A stretch of DNA of 64,000 bases, taken from the IMG/VR virus record IMGVR_UViG_3300028907_000003, positions 21,000-84,999 of that record. One strand, 5' to 3'. The notes beneath the pieces are model-generated. The model saw only the letters and a list, made by a program, of their open reading frames with translations, was not told the DNA's origin and did not search any database. This DNA comes from a virus (taxonomy: Duplodnaviria > Caudoviricetes). Of this stretch, positions 37,622 through 46,928 are shown one piece after another (the first letter of the stretch is position 1; each line of letters opens with the position of its first letter). The translations under genes and the position numbers were made by a program.

Positions 37622-38335
37622 ATGGGCAAAAAGGAATTCAATGCTGCCTGGGATGATTATCAAATCGAAATGATTGTTAGTCAAATACCTTCAAGTTTTG
37701 AGGTTGGGTTATTGTCTGATACACATTTTGGAAACAAAAGTCAGCAAATGACAGCCGTTCGAGAATCTTACCGCATTTTTAAAGAAAGGAACGTAGGATT
37801 TGTAATTCATGCTGGAGATTTGGTTGATAAATATTGTTTTAAGCGAGATCGTGGGGAAGCTTGGACAAAATCGGATATTATCGACTATGTGATTGATCAA
37901 TATCCAAGAACTGGATTAACCACGTTTGTTTTGGCGGGTAATCATGATAAAATTCCAAAGCGTAAGCTAAAACAGAATTCTGTGCGAATGGTGACAAATT
38001 ATAGAGATGATTTTTCTTACATTGGGGAAGATCATGGAAGTTTTATCATGAATGGCTTGGAATTCTATGTTAATCATGAAAATGGTATCGGTGAACAAGA
38101 AAGATTGACAAATCTATACCACAAGGCATGTTTCCAAAACTATGATGCAGATATCATCATAGCAGGGCATTTGCATAAGTGGGGTATCAATCCCACATAT
38201 CATCAGTCTTTTATATGCCAATTACCTTCCATGACATCAGAAGGACCAGAATCCGGAGCAGCCATACTCCATGTAAACCCGAAGTTTAAATGGATTGAGC
38301 CGCTTGGATTTGACGTTTTAACTCATGATTGGTAA
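37622..38335 (+). CDS. Calcineurin-like metallophosphoesterase
   Basis: SDTH, GDLVD, GNHD, H, GHLH motifs. Confidence 0.88.
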   Translation: MGKKEFNAAWDDYQIEMIVSQIPSSFEVGLLSDTHFGNKSQQMTAVRESYRIFKERNVGFVIHAGDLVDKYCFKRDRGEAWTKSDIIDYVIDQYPRTGLTTFVLAGNHDKIPKRKLKQNSVRMVTNYRDDFSYIGEDHGSFIMNGLEFYVNHENGIGEQERLTNLYHKACFQNYDADIIIAGHLHKWGINPTYHQSFICQLPSMTSEGPESGAAILHVNPKFKWIEPLGFDVLTHDW

Positions 38336-38367
38336 GACCGAAAGGTATAAATAGAATTGTAATCTAT

Positions 38368-38688
38368 ATGAGTTCTATGAAAGAAATTAAATTTAAGGTT
38401 CCGGTGTTTCATAGTGGAGTGAATACTACGTGTCGTGTAGGATATAAGAATTTTGCTATCGCTGAGCATGTTTATTTGTCTGACGACGAAGGATTTCCAT
38501 TGCATGAAGCCGAGATAGAATTCATATACGTTGGTGCTTTTTATGGTGTACCAGATGCGTTTATTGCAATGGAACATGACCCTGAATGTACGAGTTATAA
38601 GAATTTGTATGAGATAATGCGTAACATTTATCCGGACTTTATGTTCAACACTATTGTAACCATGATAGGGTTTGTCATATATGCTTGA
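38368..38688 (+). CDS. ASCH-domain (PUA-like) protein, leaderless
   Basis: G..TT.R.G, EH...S...L...MR.IYP, VT.I.F; promoter ACCGAAAGG-TATAAATA. Confidence 0.7.
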   Translation: MSSMKEIKFKVPVFHSGVNTTCRVGYKNFAIAEHVYLSDDEGFPLHEAEIEFIYVGAFYGVPDAFIAMEHDPECTSYKNLYEIMRNIYPDFMFNTIVTMIGFVIYA

Positions 38689-39223
38689 TTGGTATCCATG
38701 GTTCTTATTAGTTATCTCAATGCTAGGAGCTTTCTTAGTATCAGACAAACGAATGATAAGGAAACGCTATGGATATGTTACATGGTTGATAAGTAATGGA
38801 TTAATCGGGCTACAATATTGGGGAATGGGTAACATTGCCCAGACATTGTTGTTTGGTGTCGGATATCAAATATTTAATATTAGAGGATTTATAAATTCCA
38901 AGGAGATAAATATGACCAGATCAGTAGATTTAAATACAACTTTCATTTATGTAATTGACAGCAGCTTGGGGATGTCGAAGGGTAAAATCGCTGCTCAGGT
39001 AAGTCACGTGGCCATGCGGCTTGCTGACAAGCATAAGTGTCTCGGAAGAGCCGTGATTTTAAAGGCCGATCATGAGACTTTTATGCAGCTGGAGCAAGAT
39101 ATTGACTGTGAAACCATCATTGACGCGGGTTTAACTGAAGTTGCGCCAGGAACCCTAACCTGCATTGGATTCGTGGGTAATGATGATAACCGAGAAAAAA
39201 CAAAATCTTTAAAATTAGTATAA
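38681..39223 (+). CDS. pth2: PnuC-like 3-TM segment fused in frame to peptidyl-tRNA hydrolase 2
   Basis: LGMSKGKIAAQVSHV, IIDAGLTEVAPGTLTCIG, KLV; internal AAGGAG RBS and ATG at 38912. Confidence 0.85.
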   Translation: MLDWYPWFLLVISMLGAFLVSDKRMIRKRYGYVTWLISNGLIGLQYWGMGNIAQTLLFGVGYQIFNIRGFINSKEINMTRSVDLNTTFIYVIDSSLGMSKGKIAAQVSHVAMRLADKHKCLGRAVILKADHETFMQLEQDIDCETIIDAGLTEVAPGTLTCIGFVGNDDNREKTKSLKLV

Positions 39224-39238
39224 TTTAGAGATGATAAA

Positions 39239-39499
39239 ATGGTACAATGTAAGATTTGCAGTAAGAATTTAAATTCCGAGGGATATTATGATCAACTCGG
39301 ATACTGCAGTAAAGCATGTTTGGAACAGTCTTTTGCATATCGAGATGCCAAAAAGATCTTGATTACGCTAACTGAAAAGCTGTCTGAGAAAGATCGGGAA
39401 TTGCTCACTTATCTGATTGCCTCAGATAGCCGATTGATATGGGAGATATATACCGATCTTGGGGGAAAGATTGGCCTTGAAGCATGGGGTTTGTGGTAA
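39239..39499 (+). CDS. TRASH-like Zn-finger protein
   Basis: CKICS...YCSKAC. Confidence 0.65.
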   Translation: MVQCKICSKNLNSEGYYDQLGYCSKACLEQSFAYRDAKKILITLTEKLSEKDRELLTYLIASDSRLIWEIYTDLGGKIGLEAWGLW

Positions 39500-39500
39500 A

Positions 39501-40115
39501 ATGGAATTTGATACACAACATGATGCCGCAGGACGGCGTTTTTATGTTGATAAAAGTGGTAGACTGCCTCCGATGCCGAGCGTCACCACGATTTTAAGTG
39601 CATCCAGTCCGTTTCAGCACAGTGGACCAACTGCTATTACTTGGACCGGAGAACTAGTTCATTATCATATTTTGCATAATGAAATGCCCGATGTTGAAAT
39701 GGATTATCCAGATACACTACCACCATGGAAAATGCCGAGTTTCGATGTGACTAATGCCAAGTTGGAAAAAGCTCTAAAGATGTGGAATTCGCTGGATAAA
39801 TCGCTCAGAGAACCGGAAGATGTTGAATTCGTATGCTGGAATATTGATCCGCCGTATGCCGGTAGAGGTGATTGGAAAGGGTTATATGAAGGTGATAAAA
39901 CTATATTAGACATTAAAACTGGTAATTATTATACATATTATAAAATGCAGATCGCGGCTTACATGGCAACTCAGGGAGCCGATAGAGGTGTGATAGTGAG
40001 GCTTGACTTAAATGAAGAACGCAATCCGAAAGGCTTACCAAAGGTATACTCGTGGTATAAAGAGGATCTTGAGAAGGATTTATGCAAGTTTCATGATTTG
40101 GCCAGGAGATTTTAG
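39501..40115 (+). CDS. PD-(D/E)XK exonuclease (RecB/Cas4-like, no Fe-S Cys)
   Basis: PSVTTIL, YAGRGD, LDIKTG, QIAAY. Confidence 0.85.
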   Translation: MEFDTQHDAAGRRFYVDKSGRLPPMPSVTTILSASSPFQHSGPTAITWTGELVHYHILHNEMPDVEMDYPDTLPPWKMPSFDVTNAKLEKALKMWNSLDKSLREPEDVEFVCWNIDPPYAGRGDWKGLYEGDKTILDIKTGNYYTYYKMQIAAYMATQGADRGVIVRLDLNEERNPKGLPKVYSWYKEDLEKDLCKFHDLARRF

Positions 40116-40219
40116 TATTGTATTCCTGTTAGCACTTTTTCTTATTTTAGTGTTATTGGGTGTTCACTTCATTTTTTAAGCATAAGGTTTTTATAGGTTT
40201 ATAGCGTAGTCTATGGCAG

Positions 40220-40576
40220 GTGATAAGTTTGAAATTAGATACTTTCGAGGAAGAATTTGGTGTGATCTCGTTTGAAGTAGGTACTTTTGATAAAGTATTA
40301 ACTGATCCAGATGCTAGGGACCGAGTAACAAAAATGTGTAATTTAGTAAAATATAACACTGAAATTCAGCGAACATTATGTGATTTGGTCGATGAGGGGA
40401 TTTTGACCAGCACTACCGAAGATGGGAAACCAGCTGATATGAGTGAGTTAAAAGAAGCGGTGGCTAATAATGACACGGTATTAGCATATTTGGTAGCGAA
40501 ATATGGTTTAGTGTTGTGGACCGATGATGAAATTACTGAAGAGATGAACACCGCTGTTAAAGCAAATGGTATTTAG
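40220..40576 (+). CDS. Hypothetical acidic protein
   Basis: Promoter and CAGGTG RBS upstream. Confidence 0.65.
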   Translation: MISLKLDTFEEEFGVISFEVGTFDKVLTDPDARDRVTKMCNLVKYNTEIQRTLCDLVDEGILTSTTEDGKPADMSELKEAVANNDTVLAYLVAKYGLVLWTDDEITEEMNTAVKANGI

Positions 40577-40818
40577 TGGTGATTCTAGTGAGAGATCCTA
40601 ATAGAATTCCGATTATCTGTAAGGCTCTCGAAGAAGCGTGGAGTAAACACCCTGATCTTCGATTAGGGCAGTTTCTGGAAGGAGCTAATATATTTCCAGT
40701 TACTACAATCGATTTCCAGGGGGTTATGCTCCCGTTTTTCCAAGAGGATCATGTAACGCTGAGAAAACTTACTACACCAGAACTGCATTTTTCAAAAGCA
40801 CGAATGGATGATCCATAA
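40576..40818 (+). CDS. Conserved small viral protein
   Basis: RDPNRI...W...PDLRLGQ. Confidence 0.7.
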   Translation: MVILVRDPNRIPIICKALEEAWSKHPDLRLGQFLEGANIFPVTTIDFQGVMLPFFQEDHVTLRKLTTPELHFSKARMDDP

Positions 40819-41726
40819 TGCTAACTGTAGGTTCACTGTTCTCAGGAATAGGTGGGTTTGATTTAGGGTTGGAAAGAACGGGTGGATTTAAAACGATATG
40901 GCAATGTGAAATTGATCCATTTTGTAACAAGATTTTAAAAAAGCATTGGCCAGATGTAATACGATATACTGATGTTAGAACTATGAGTAATATTCCACTG
41001 GTAGATGTCATATGTGCATCACCACCATGTCAGCCGGTGTCGTGTGCGGGTAAACAAAAAGGTGCTAAAGATGATAGATGGATGTGGGGAGAAACATACA
41101 GAATTATTTGCGAAGTTCGACCAGAATGGGTCATTGTTGAAAACGTGCTTGGGATCCTTAGTGCGAAAGACACTGAAGGTAAACCAGGTGGACTCTTTAC
41201 CGGAATTCTCAGAGACTTTTCCAAAAGCGGGTATAATGTTGAATGGAATGTTGTATCGGCTGCCTCGGTTGGAGCTTTACACCTCAGAAAACGGGTCTTT
41301 GTTGTTGCCCACACCAACGGCCAGTTTGACCAATCCGCCGTCAGAAACATGGGATCCAGACAAGCCTTGGTGGAAACAAAGTCGTGCAAGCAGGAATCTA
41401 GCGGCATTGGCGATTCATCCAGAAAGGTTTCCGACTCCGACAACACAAGATGCTTCGAACAATGCGGGACCGAGCCAGATGTCGCGGCACAGTCTACCAT
41501 TGAACGCTGTGGTAGGTGGAGTTCTGAATCCGGATTGGGTAGAGCTTTTGATGGGATTTCCGCTAAACTGGACCCGCCCTGGAAGCCCGGATGGGAAGAT
41601 GGAGTCTTGCGAACCACAACAGATAAAACATATCGTACCCAAAGATTAAAAGCGCTTGGTAATGCTATTGTACCTCAATGCTCAGAACTTATTGGTCATT
41701 ACATCTTGGAGTTGATAGATAAATGA
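40818..41726 (+). CDS. C5 DNA cytosine methyltransferase, alpha polypeptide (lacks motif IX)
   Basis: LFSGIGG (I), PPCQ (IV), ENV (VI), RKRVFVVA (VIII), LGNAIVP (X). Confidence 0.9.
   Translation: MLTVGSLFSGIGGFDLGLERTGGFKTIWQCEIDPFCNKILKKHWPDVIRYTDVRTMSNIPLVDVICASPPCQPVSCAGKQKGAKDDRWMWGETYRIICEVRPEWVIVENVLGILSAKDTEGKPGGLFTGILRDFSKSGYNVEWNVVSAASVGALHLRKRVFVVAHTNGQFDQSAVRNMGSRQALVETKSCKQESSGIGDSSRKVSDSDNTRCFEQCGTEPDVAAQSTIERCGRWSSESGLGRAFDGISAKLDPPWKPGWEDGVLRTTTDKTYRTQRLKALGNAIVPQCSELIGHYILELIDK
41071..41649 (+). CDS. Nested alternative-frame methyltransferase beta polypeptide (TRD plus motif IX)
   Basis: AAGGTG RBS before ATG 41071; LPTP and FPTP repeats; LNPDWVELLMGFPLNWT. Confidence 0.8.
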   Translation: MIDGCGEKHTELFAKFDQNGSLLKTCLGSLVRKTLKVNQVDSLPEFSETFPKAGIMLNGMLYRLPRLELYTSENGSLLLPTPTASLTNPPSETWDPDKPWWKQSRASRNLAALAIHPERFPTPTTQDASNNAGPSQMSRHSLPLNAVVGGVLNPDWVELLMGFPLNWTRPGSPDGKMESCEPQQIKHIVPKD

Positions 41727-41968
41727 TCGAAATTCCAGTTATTAAATGTGATGGATGTTTCGAAGTAACGCCACTGGATGAAGTTGATGTTATCGAGAAG
41801 CATCCTAATGGTATCGTATTCAAATGCCCTCAATGCGGGTTAACTGATCTATCCTTCGGTGAACCGTTTTATGTACCAATGGGACCGGATCCGGAAGATG
41901 AAGCATTGAACGAGTTAGACAAAACATACGATTATGATATTTGGTTGAGGCATAAATGCAGATCTTAG
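41723..41968 (+). CDS. Zn-ribbon protein
   Basis: CDGC...CPQCG. Confidence 0.7.
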   Translation: MIEIPVIKCDGCFEVTPLDEVDVIEKHPNGIVFKCPQCGLTDLSFGEPFYVPMGPDPEDEALNELDKTYDYDIWLRHKCRS

Positions 41969-44900
41969 ATTGCTATTACAAGTACGATCACAAAGAGAAG
42001 CATCCAACGGTGTTTTTAGTTGGGAAAGATGCTAATGGAAAGCTGAGAACTTTACATACTGAGCACCATTATCCGTACTTCTATGCGGTTGGTGAATTAC
42101 CGCCCAAACTTGCTGATAACCACATGATACATAGCATAGATGCAGTAGATAAGTTCCTTCCGATTGGATATCAAACACAGACCACGCCAATGTGGAAAAT
42201 CACTCTATTTAATCCCGGTGATACCAGTGAAATACGGGATGGGTTAATTGATAGAGGACTAAAGGTGTTTGAAGCTGATATCTTGTATAAGTATCGCTAT
42301 ATGGTAGATCACAATTTAGGGGGAATGATTTGGACCAATGATGGGATACATCGGGTGGAAAACGAGTTAAATGCGCCATTAAAAACGCTGGCATTTGATA
42401 TCGAAGTATTGCTTAATGAGGCTGGCAATTTCCCAATATCCAGCCCCTCGGTTGACACAAAAGGCAATCTCCTCAGAGAAGCGGATCCCATAGTGATCAT
42501 TACAATGGCTATGTCGGATGGTAACATCAAGCTGCTCAAAAACGATGATGAAGCTGAACTTCTACGGGATTTTGTAACCGAAGTTAATAAGTTTGATCCA
42601 GATATTGTTGTTTCATATAACGGTGATAGTTTCGATTGGCCGTACATCATTGATCGAGCGCATCTCAATGAAGTTCCGTTGAGCATCGGGAGAGATAAAT
42701 CTGAGCCAAAGATTCGAGAGGTTGGAGATTCGAGCCAGATTTTAATCCGAGGACGGGTTTCGCTGGATATGCTACCGATAATTCGTAAGAATTATTCGTT
42801 AAAGAATTACAAGTTAGCAACTGCCGCTTCGCTAGTCAATGAGGAAAAGCTCGATGTGAAGCCACAGGAAATGCGCAGATTGTGGTTGGCTCATGATACA
42901 AAATTCCTGGAATATGCTAAACAAGATGCCAATATTACGCTAAAGTTGCTACTGGATCTCAAGTTGTTAGAAAAATACATCGCATTATCAAAAGCTACAG
43001 GATTATTGCTACAAGATGTTTTATATAGCGGCCAATCAGCAATGATTGAGAACTTATTTCTAAAGGAGTTCAATAAGCGAGATCGTGTATTGGGAATCAA
43101 GCCTAGAAGAAGTGCAGCTAAAATAAAGTCGGAACCATTAGATTGTGTTTTCGGGAGCTATATCGAATCATCGGAAGAAGATGATGACGGTGTTAAATAT
43201 GAAGGAGCCACCGTATTAACACCACCAAAGGGTTTAGTAGAAGATGTAGTTGTTCTGGATTATAAATCGCTATACCCAACTATAATTATATCGCATAATC
43301 TCTCGTATGATACTATCCTTCTGGATGATACTCTGGATGTACCATATGAAGAAGCTCCTAAATTCAACCAGGAAGCCACCAGAGGCCCAAGGTTCGTAGA
43401 TAAGACTGTTCTTAAGGGGATTTTACCTAGCATCTTAGAAACTCTCTTAGAGGAGCGATTAGAGGCCAAGAAAGCGATGAAGGCCGCTGCTGACGGATCT
43501 TTGGAGAAAACGCTGTATGATGCCAAACAATACGCTTTTAAAATATTACTTAATTCATGTTATGGGTATTGTGGATATAAACACTCACGCACATTTATAG
43601 TTGATATTGCCGCCAGTGTTACTAGTTATGGTAGACAAAACATTGAAAAAACTCGGCAATTGGTCAAAGAAATGGGATATGAAACTGTATACGGTGATAG
43701 TATCACTGGTGATCGATGTATAACCATTAAAGATCATGATAATATGATTAAAGTTATACCAATTGAAAAACTGTTCCATGGCACTATCCAACATGATGTA
43801 TTCAGTAATAAAGATTATATTACTGAAGTTCCATATATGGCACTCACCCATCTGGGTTGGCGGCCAATTAAATCTATTATGCGACATCATACTGAAAAAC
43901 AGTTATATCGAATTAATCAGAAATTTGGCGAAACTGTCTGTACCGAAGATCATTCATTGATGGATATTAATTTACACGAAATGAAGCCCATGGAGATGCA
44001 TAACACTGAAATGTATAGATGTGACGTACCAGAACCATCAACATATATAGAAATCATTGATTTGTACGAATATGTTAAAGATTTTAAAGTGCGTGTTGTA
44101 TATAAAGGGCGTACTAAGATAAGTAAATTTAATTTATATAATGATGAGTATTTAACCTTTGGGTGGACTGTTCGGAAAAACCCAATATTATTAAAACGGT
44201 ACATTAAAGAAACTGATATAGATCAGTTGTGTATATTACTTGGTGGATATATTACTAACGGAAGTTCGGTTTTTGGTAGTAAAACCGGAGCAAGTATATG
44301 TGATTCTAACATCGATTGGTTAGAAAAAATGCAATTCGCATATAATTCGTTATTTATTGGTGCAAAAACTTGTATCATTGAGTCGAGTAAAAAAGATCGT
44401 GTATTACAAAATGGTACAGTTTATAAAGACAAAACGCGAAAATTGCAAATGATGAATGGCATTAGTGCGGCGTTGTTTACTGCGTTATGTAATCATGGCG
44501 CATATAGTAAAAAACTACCCGATTTTGTGTATAATCTACAACCAACCCATCGTGAAATATTGTTATCCACTATTATAGAGGGTGATGGATCAAGAACCAG
44601 TTGTACCAGATATACTGAGTCATATCGAAAAATAGAATTTACGTATAGTACGGTGTCTACTGAGTTGGCATCAGGTTTATCTACATTAATGAATATAATG
44701 CGTATAAATCACAGCATTCGATTTAGACAAGCCAAACATGAATATAAATTAGTTACTTCTAGTGTCTTTAATAGCAAGATAATAACTAAATTGTCGAAAG
44801 AGCCATCAAACACTTATGTGTATGATATAGAAGTAGATGATGCTCACGCATTTGTTGACTCGTGTGGAAATATATTATTACACAATACGGATTCTTTATT

Positions 44901-45645
44901 CGTTAAAACAAATATCGCAGATTTTGATCAATCTATGCAGATTGCCGATAAACTTGCAAAAGCCGCGACAGCACAGCTTCCACCACCAATGGAGCTAGTA
45001 CCGGAAGCGTACTGTAAGCGAGTTCTGTTTCTCGCGAAAAAACATTATTCTAAATATCAATTTGAGAAAAGGGGTATTGGAAAAATTAAAAGTAAAGGAT
45101 TAGAAACTGTTAGGCGTGATTGGTGTGAGTATACATCTGAAACATTGACCGCTATACTAAATACTGTAATGCTCGAAGGTGATGTTGATAAGGCTCTTGA
45201 AATTGCTCGCGAAGCAATAACTAAGATTAAGACATCTGATTTAACGGATCCGGGTATATACTGGAAGCTGGTTTTGTCAAAAAAATATGGAAGTGAATAC
45301 AAACCAGGTGCGGAAACAAGATTGGCTCACCTTATTCTGATAGACAAAATGAAAAAACGGAATCTCATGGATTACCAAGTTAATGATAGAGTGCAATTCG
45401 TGGTTGTTAAAGGATCTTCTGATTTAACTAAGGATGATCATCGCGGTAAATTCAGAGATCAAGCTGAGGATCCTGAGTATGCTTTGGAGCATGGAATTGA
45501 ACTAGATCGAAAGTATTATATAGAAAAACAGCTAGTAAAACCTATTCACCGAATGCTAGGTGTGCTCGGTGTTACAGAAGCGATGCTCTTAAATACTAGT
45601 ATCGCTAAAGAGAGTAGTATGCAAAAGACGCTGTTCGATTGGTGA
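41956..45645 (+). CDS. polB: Family B DNA polymerase with intein
   Basis: Exo AFDIE, YNGDSFD, YAKQDA; DYKSLYP, KILLNSCYG, YGD/TDS, KKHY, KGLE; C-terminal PIP box QKTLFDW. Confidence 0.96.
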   Translation: MQILDCYYKYDHKEKHPTVFLVGKDANGKLRTLHTEHHYPYFYAVGELPPKLADNHMIHSIDAVDKFLPIGYQTQTTPMWKITLFNPGDTSEIRDGLIDRGLKVFEADILYKYRYMVDHNLGGMIWTNDGIHRVENELNAPLKTLAFDIEVLLNEAGNFPISSPSVDTKGNLLREADPIVIITMAMSDGNIKLLKNDDEAELLRDFVTEVNKFDPDIVVSYNGDSFDWPYIIDRAHLNEVPLSIGRDKSEPKIREVGDSSQILIRGRVSLDMLPIIRKNYSLKNYKLATAASLVNEEKLDVKPQEMRRLWLAHDTKFLEYAKQDANITLKLLLDLKLLEKYIALSKATGLLLQDVLYSGQSAMIENLFLKEFNKRDRVLGIKPRRSAAKIKSEPLDCVFGSYIESSEEDDDGVKYEGATVLTPPKGLVEDVVVLDYKSLYPTIIISHNLSYDTILLDDTLDVPYEEAPKFNQEATRGPRFVDKTVLKGILPSILETLLEERLEAKKAMKAAADGSLEKTLYDAKQYAFKILLNSCYGYCGYKHSRTFIVDIAASVTSYGRQNIEKTRQLVKEMGYETVYGDSITGDRCITIKDHDNMIKVIPIEKLFHGTIQHDVFSNKDYITEVPYMALTHLGWRPIKSIMRHHTEKQLYRINQKFGETVCTEDHSLMDINLHEMKPMEMHNTEMYRCDVPEPSTYIEIIDLYEYVKDFKVRVVYKGRTKISKFNLYNDEYLTFGWTVRKNPILLKRYIKETDIDQLCILLGGYITNGSSVFGSKTGASICDSNIDWLEKMQFAYNSLFIGAKTCIIESSKKDRVLQNGTVYKDKTRKLQMMNGISAALFTALCNHGAYSKKLPDFVYNLQPTHREILLSTIIEGDGSRTSCTRYTESYRKIEFTYSTVSTELASGLSTLMNIMRINHSIRFRQAKHEYKLVTSSVFNSKIITKLSKEPSNTYVYDIEVDDAHAFVDSCGNILLHNTDSLFVKTNIADFDQSMQIADKLAKAATAQLPPPMELVPEAYCKRVLFLAKKHYSKYQFEKRGIGKIKSKGLETVRRDWCEYTSETLTAILNTVMLEGDVDKALEIAREAITKIKTSDLTDPGIYWKLVLSKKYGSEYKPGAETRLAHLILIDKMKKRNLMDYQVNDRVQFVVVKGSSDLTKDDHRGKFRDQAEDPEYALEHGIELDRKYYIEKQLVKPIHRMLGVLGVTEAMLLNTSIAKESSMQKTLFDW
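43699..44886 (+). mobile_element. Intein at the YGD/TDS (Pol-c) site, 396 aa
   Basis: Starts SITGD, ends LLHN, Thr at +1; LAGLIDADG-like LGGYITNG and IIEGDG; AT-rich. Confidence 0.92.
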
Positions 45646-45836
45646 GAAAAATGGATCCCATAGAAGAAATAAAGTGCCGAGATCTTAGTATTGCGGTCTT
45701 ATTTGATGGCACCCATCAATATATCGCTACTAAATGTAATATGACGGAAGAACCTCATGGGTGTCAGCATCTGTTATCCTTGGGAGAATGCCCTCGTGGA
45801 TACGGTAAACTTATCCAGCCCGAATTAGTGATGTGA
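45639..45836 (+). CDS. Small Cys-containing protein
   Basis: Overlaps the polB end. Confidence 0.5.
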   Translation: MVRKMDPIEEIKCRDLSIAVLFDGTHQYIATKCNMTEEPHGCQHLLSLGECPRGYGKLIQPELVM

Positions 45837-45837
45837 T

Positions 45838-46800
45838 ATGAGAACATTAGATGATGTGGGGTTCTATACAATGACCGAGAAGCGGGTTGCTACGTCAACC
45901 TGCTATACTCCGGTGTATAGAGCGGAATTTATAATTACTGATTTGTGCAATTTTAAGTGTCCGTATTGTAGAGGAATCGACTGTGGGGGATATTTAAAAT
46001 ATCGGGACTTTGCAGAGCAGCTTGGTTATGTCGGGGTTGGTACTCGTGGCTTGAAGAATATTAGATTCTCAGGCGGGGAACCTACACTGCATCCGGACTT
46101 GGGAAGATTTGTTGAATTGGCTAAAAAGCATCACTGTGAGCATATAGCTATTTCAACTAATGGGTCAGCCCCTAGAGAAGCATACGATGCACTATTAGAA
46201 GCCGGTGTAAATGATTTCTCTATCAGTTTGGATGCATGTTGCTCCAGTTTCGGAGAGAAAATGTGTGGTGGGATCCCTGGAGCGTGGGAAAGAGTCATCG
46301 ACAATATCAAGTATCTGTCAAAGAAAACATATGTTACTCTAGGAATGGTATTTGATGACAGTACTATTGAAACCATGCCAGAAACCGTTCAATTCGGACA
46401 TGATCTTGGAGTGGCAGATATCAGAGTGATATCTTCGGCGCAGTCCGATCTTACATTGAGTGGATTAAAGTCAATTGATTGGAATCTCCTGAAAGATCAC
46501 CCGATTCTGAAATATCGAGTAATGAATACCGTAGAGGGCAGACATGTACGCGGGTTAACCAAGATGGACAGCGATAAATGCCCGCTTGTTATGGATGATG
46601 TGATGATATGCAATGGTAATCATTATGCGTGTCCAATTCATATGCGTGAGCATGGAGAACCCATTGGAAAAGTCGGTCCTGGTATGTGGAATGAACGGGA
46701 AATGTGGTGGTTAAAACACAATACGCAAAAGGATCCAATATGTAAGCATAACTGTATTGAATGCTGTGTGGACTTCAATAACCGTTGGGAGTTGTATTAA
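45838..46800 (+). CDS. Radical SAM enzyme with Cys-rich C-terminus
   Basis: CNFKCPYC, SGGEP, ISTNG, SISLD; C-terminal C..C..C..CIECC. Confidence 0.9.
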   Translation: MRTLDDVGFYTMTEKRVATSTCYTPVYRAEFIITDLCNFKCPYCRGIDCGGYLKYRDFAEQLGYVGVGTRGLKNIRFSGGEPTLHPDLGRFVELAKKHHCEHIAISTNGSAPREAYDALLEAGVNDFSISLDACCSSFGEKMCGGIPGAWERVIDNIKYLSKKTYVTLGMVFDDSTIETMPETVQFGHDLGVADIRVISSAQSDLTLSGLKSIDWNLLKDHPILKYRVMNTVEGRHVRGLTKMDSDKCPLVMDDVMICNGNHYACPIHMREHGEPIGKVGPGMWNEREMWWLKHNTQKDPICKHNCIECCVDFNNRWELY

Positions 46801-46928
46801 GTGTCAAGATGTGGTAGATTAGAACCCTTTAAAGAAGATATAATATCTTCTTATTTATCTGGTAATAGTTCATGTGTAATCTGTAAATTATATAATGTAA
46901 CCCCAAACATGAATTGGGCAGGGATTAA

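Noticed and set aside
39501-40115. Cas4 / CRISPR adaptation role
   Set aside because: No Fe-S cysteines and no cas genes or array; a generic viral PD-(D/E)XK exonuclease is more likely
45838-46800. Calling this rSAM nrdG or moaA
   Set aside because: Length and C-terminal Cys pattern fit neither confidently
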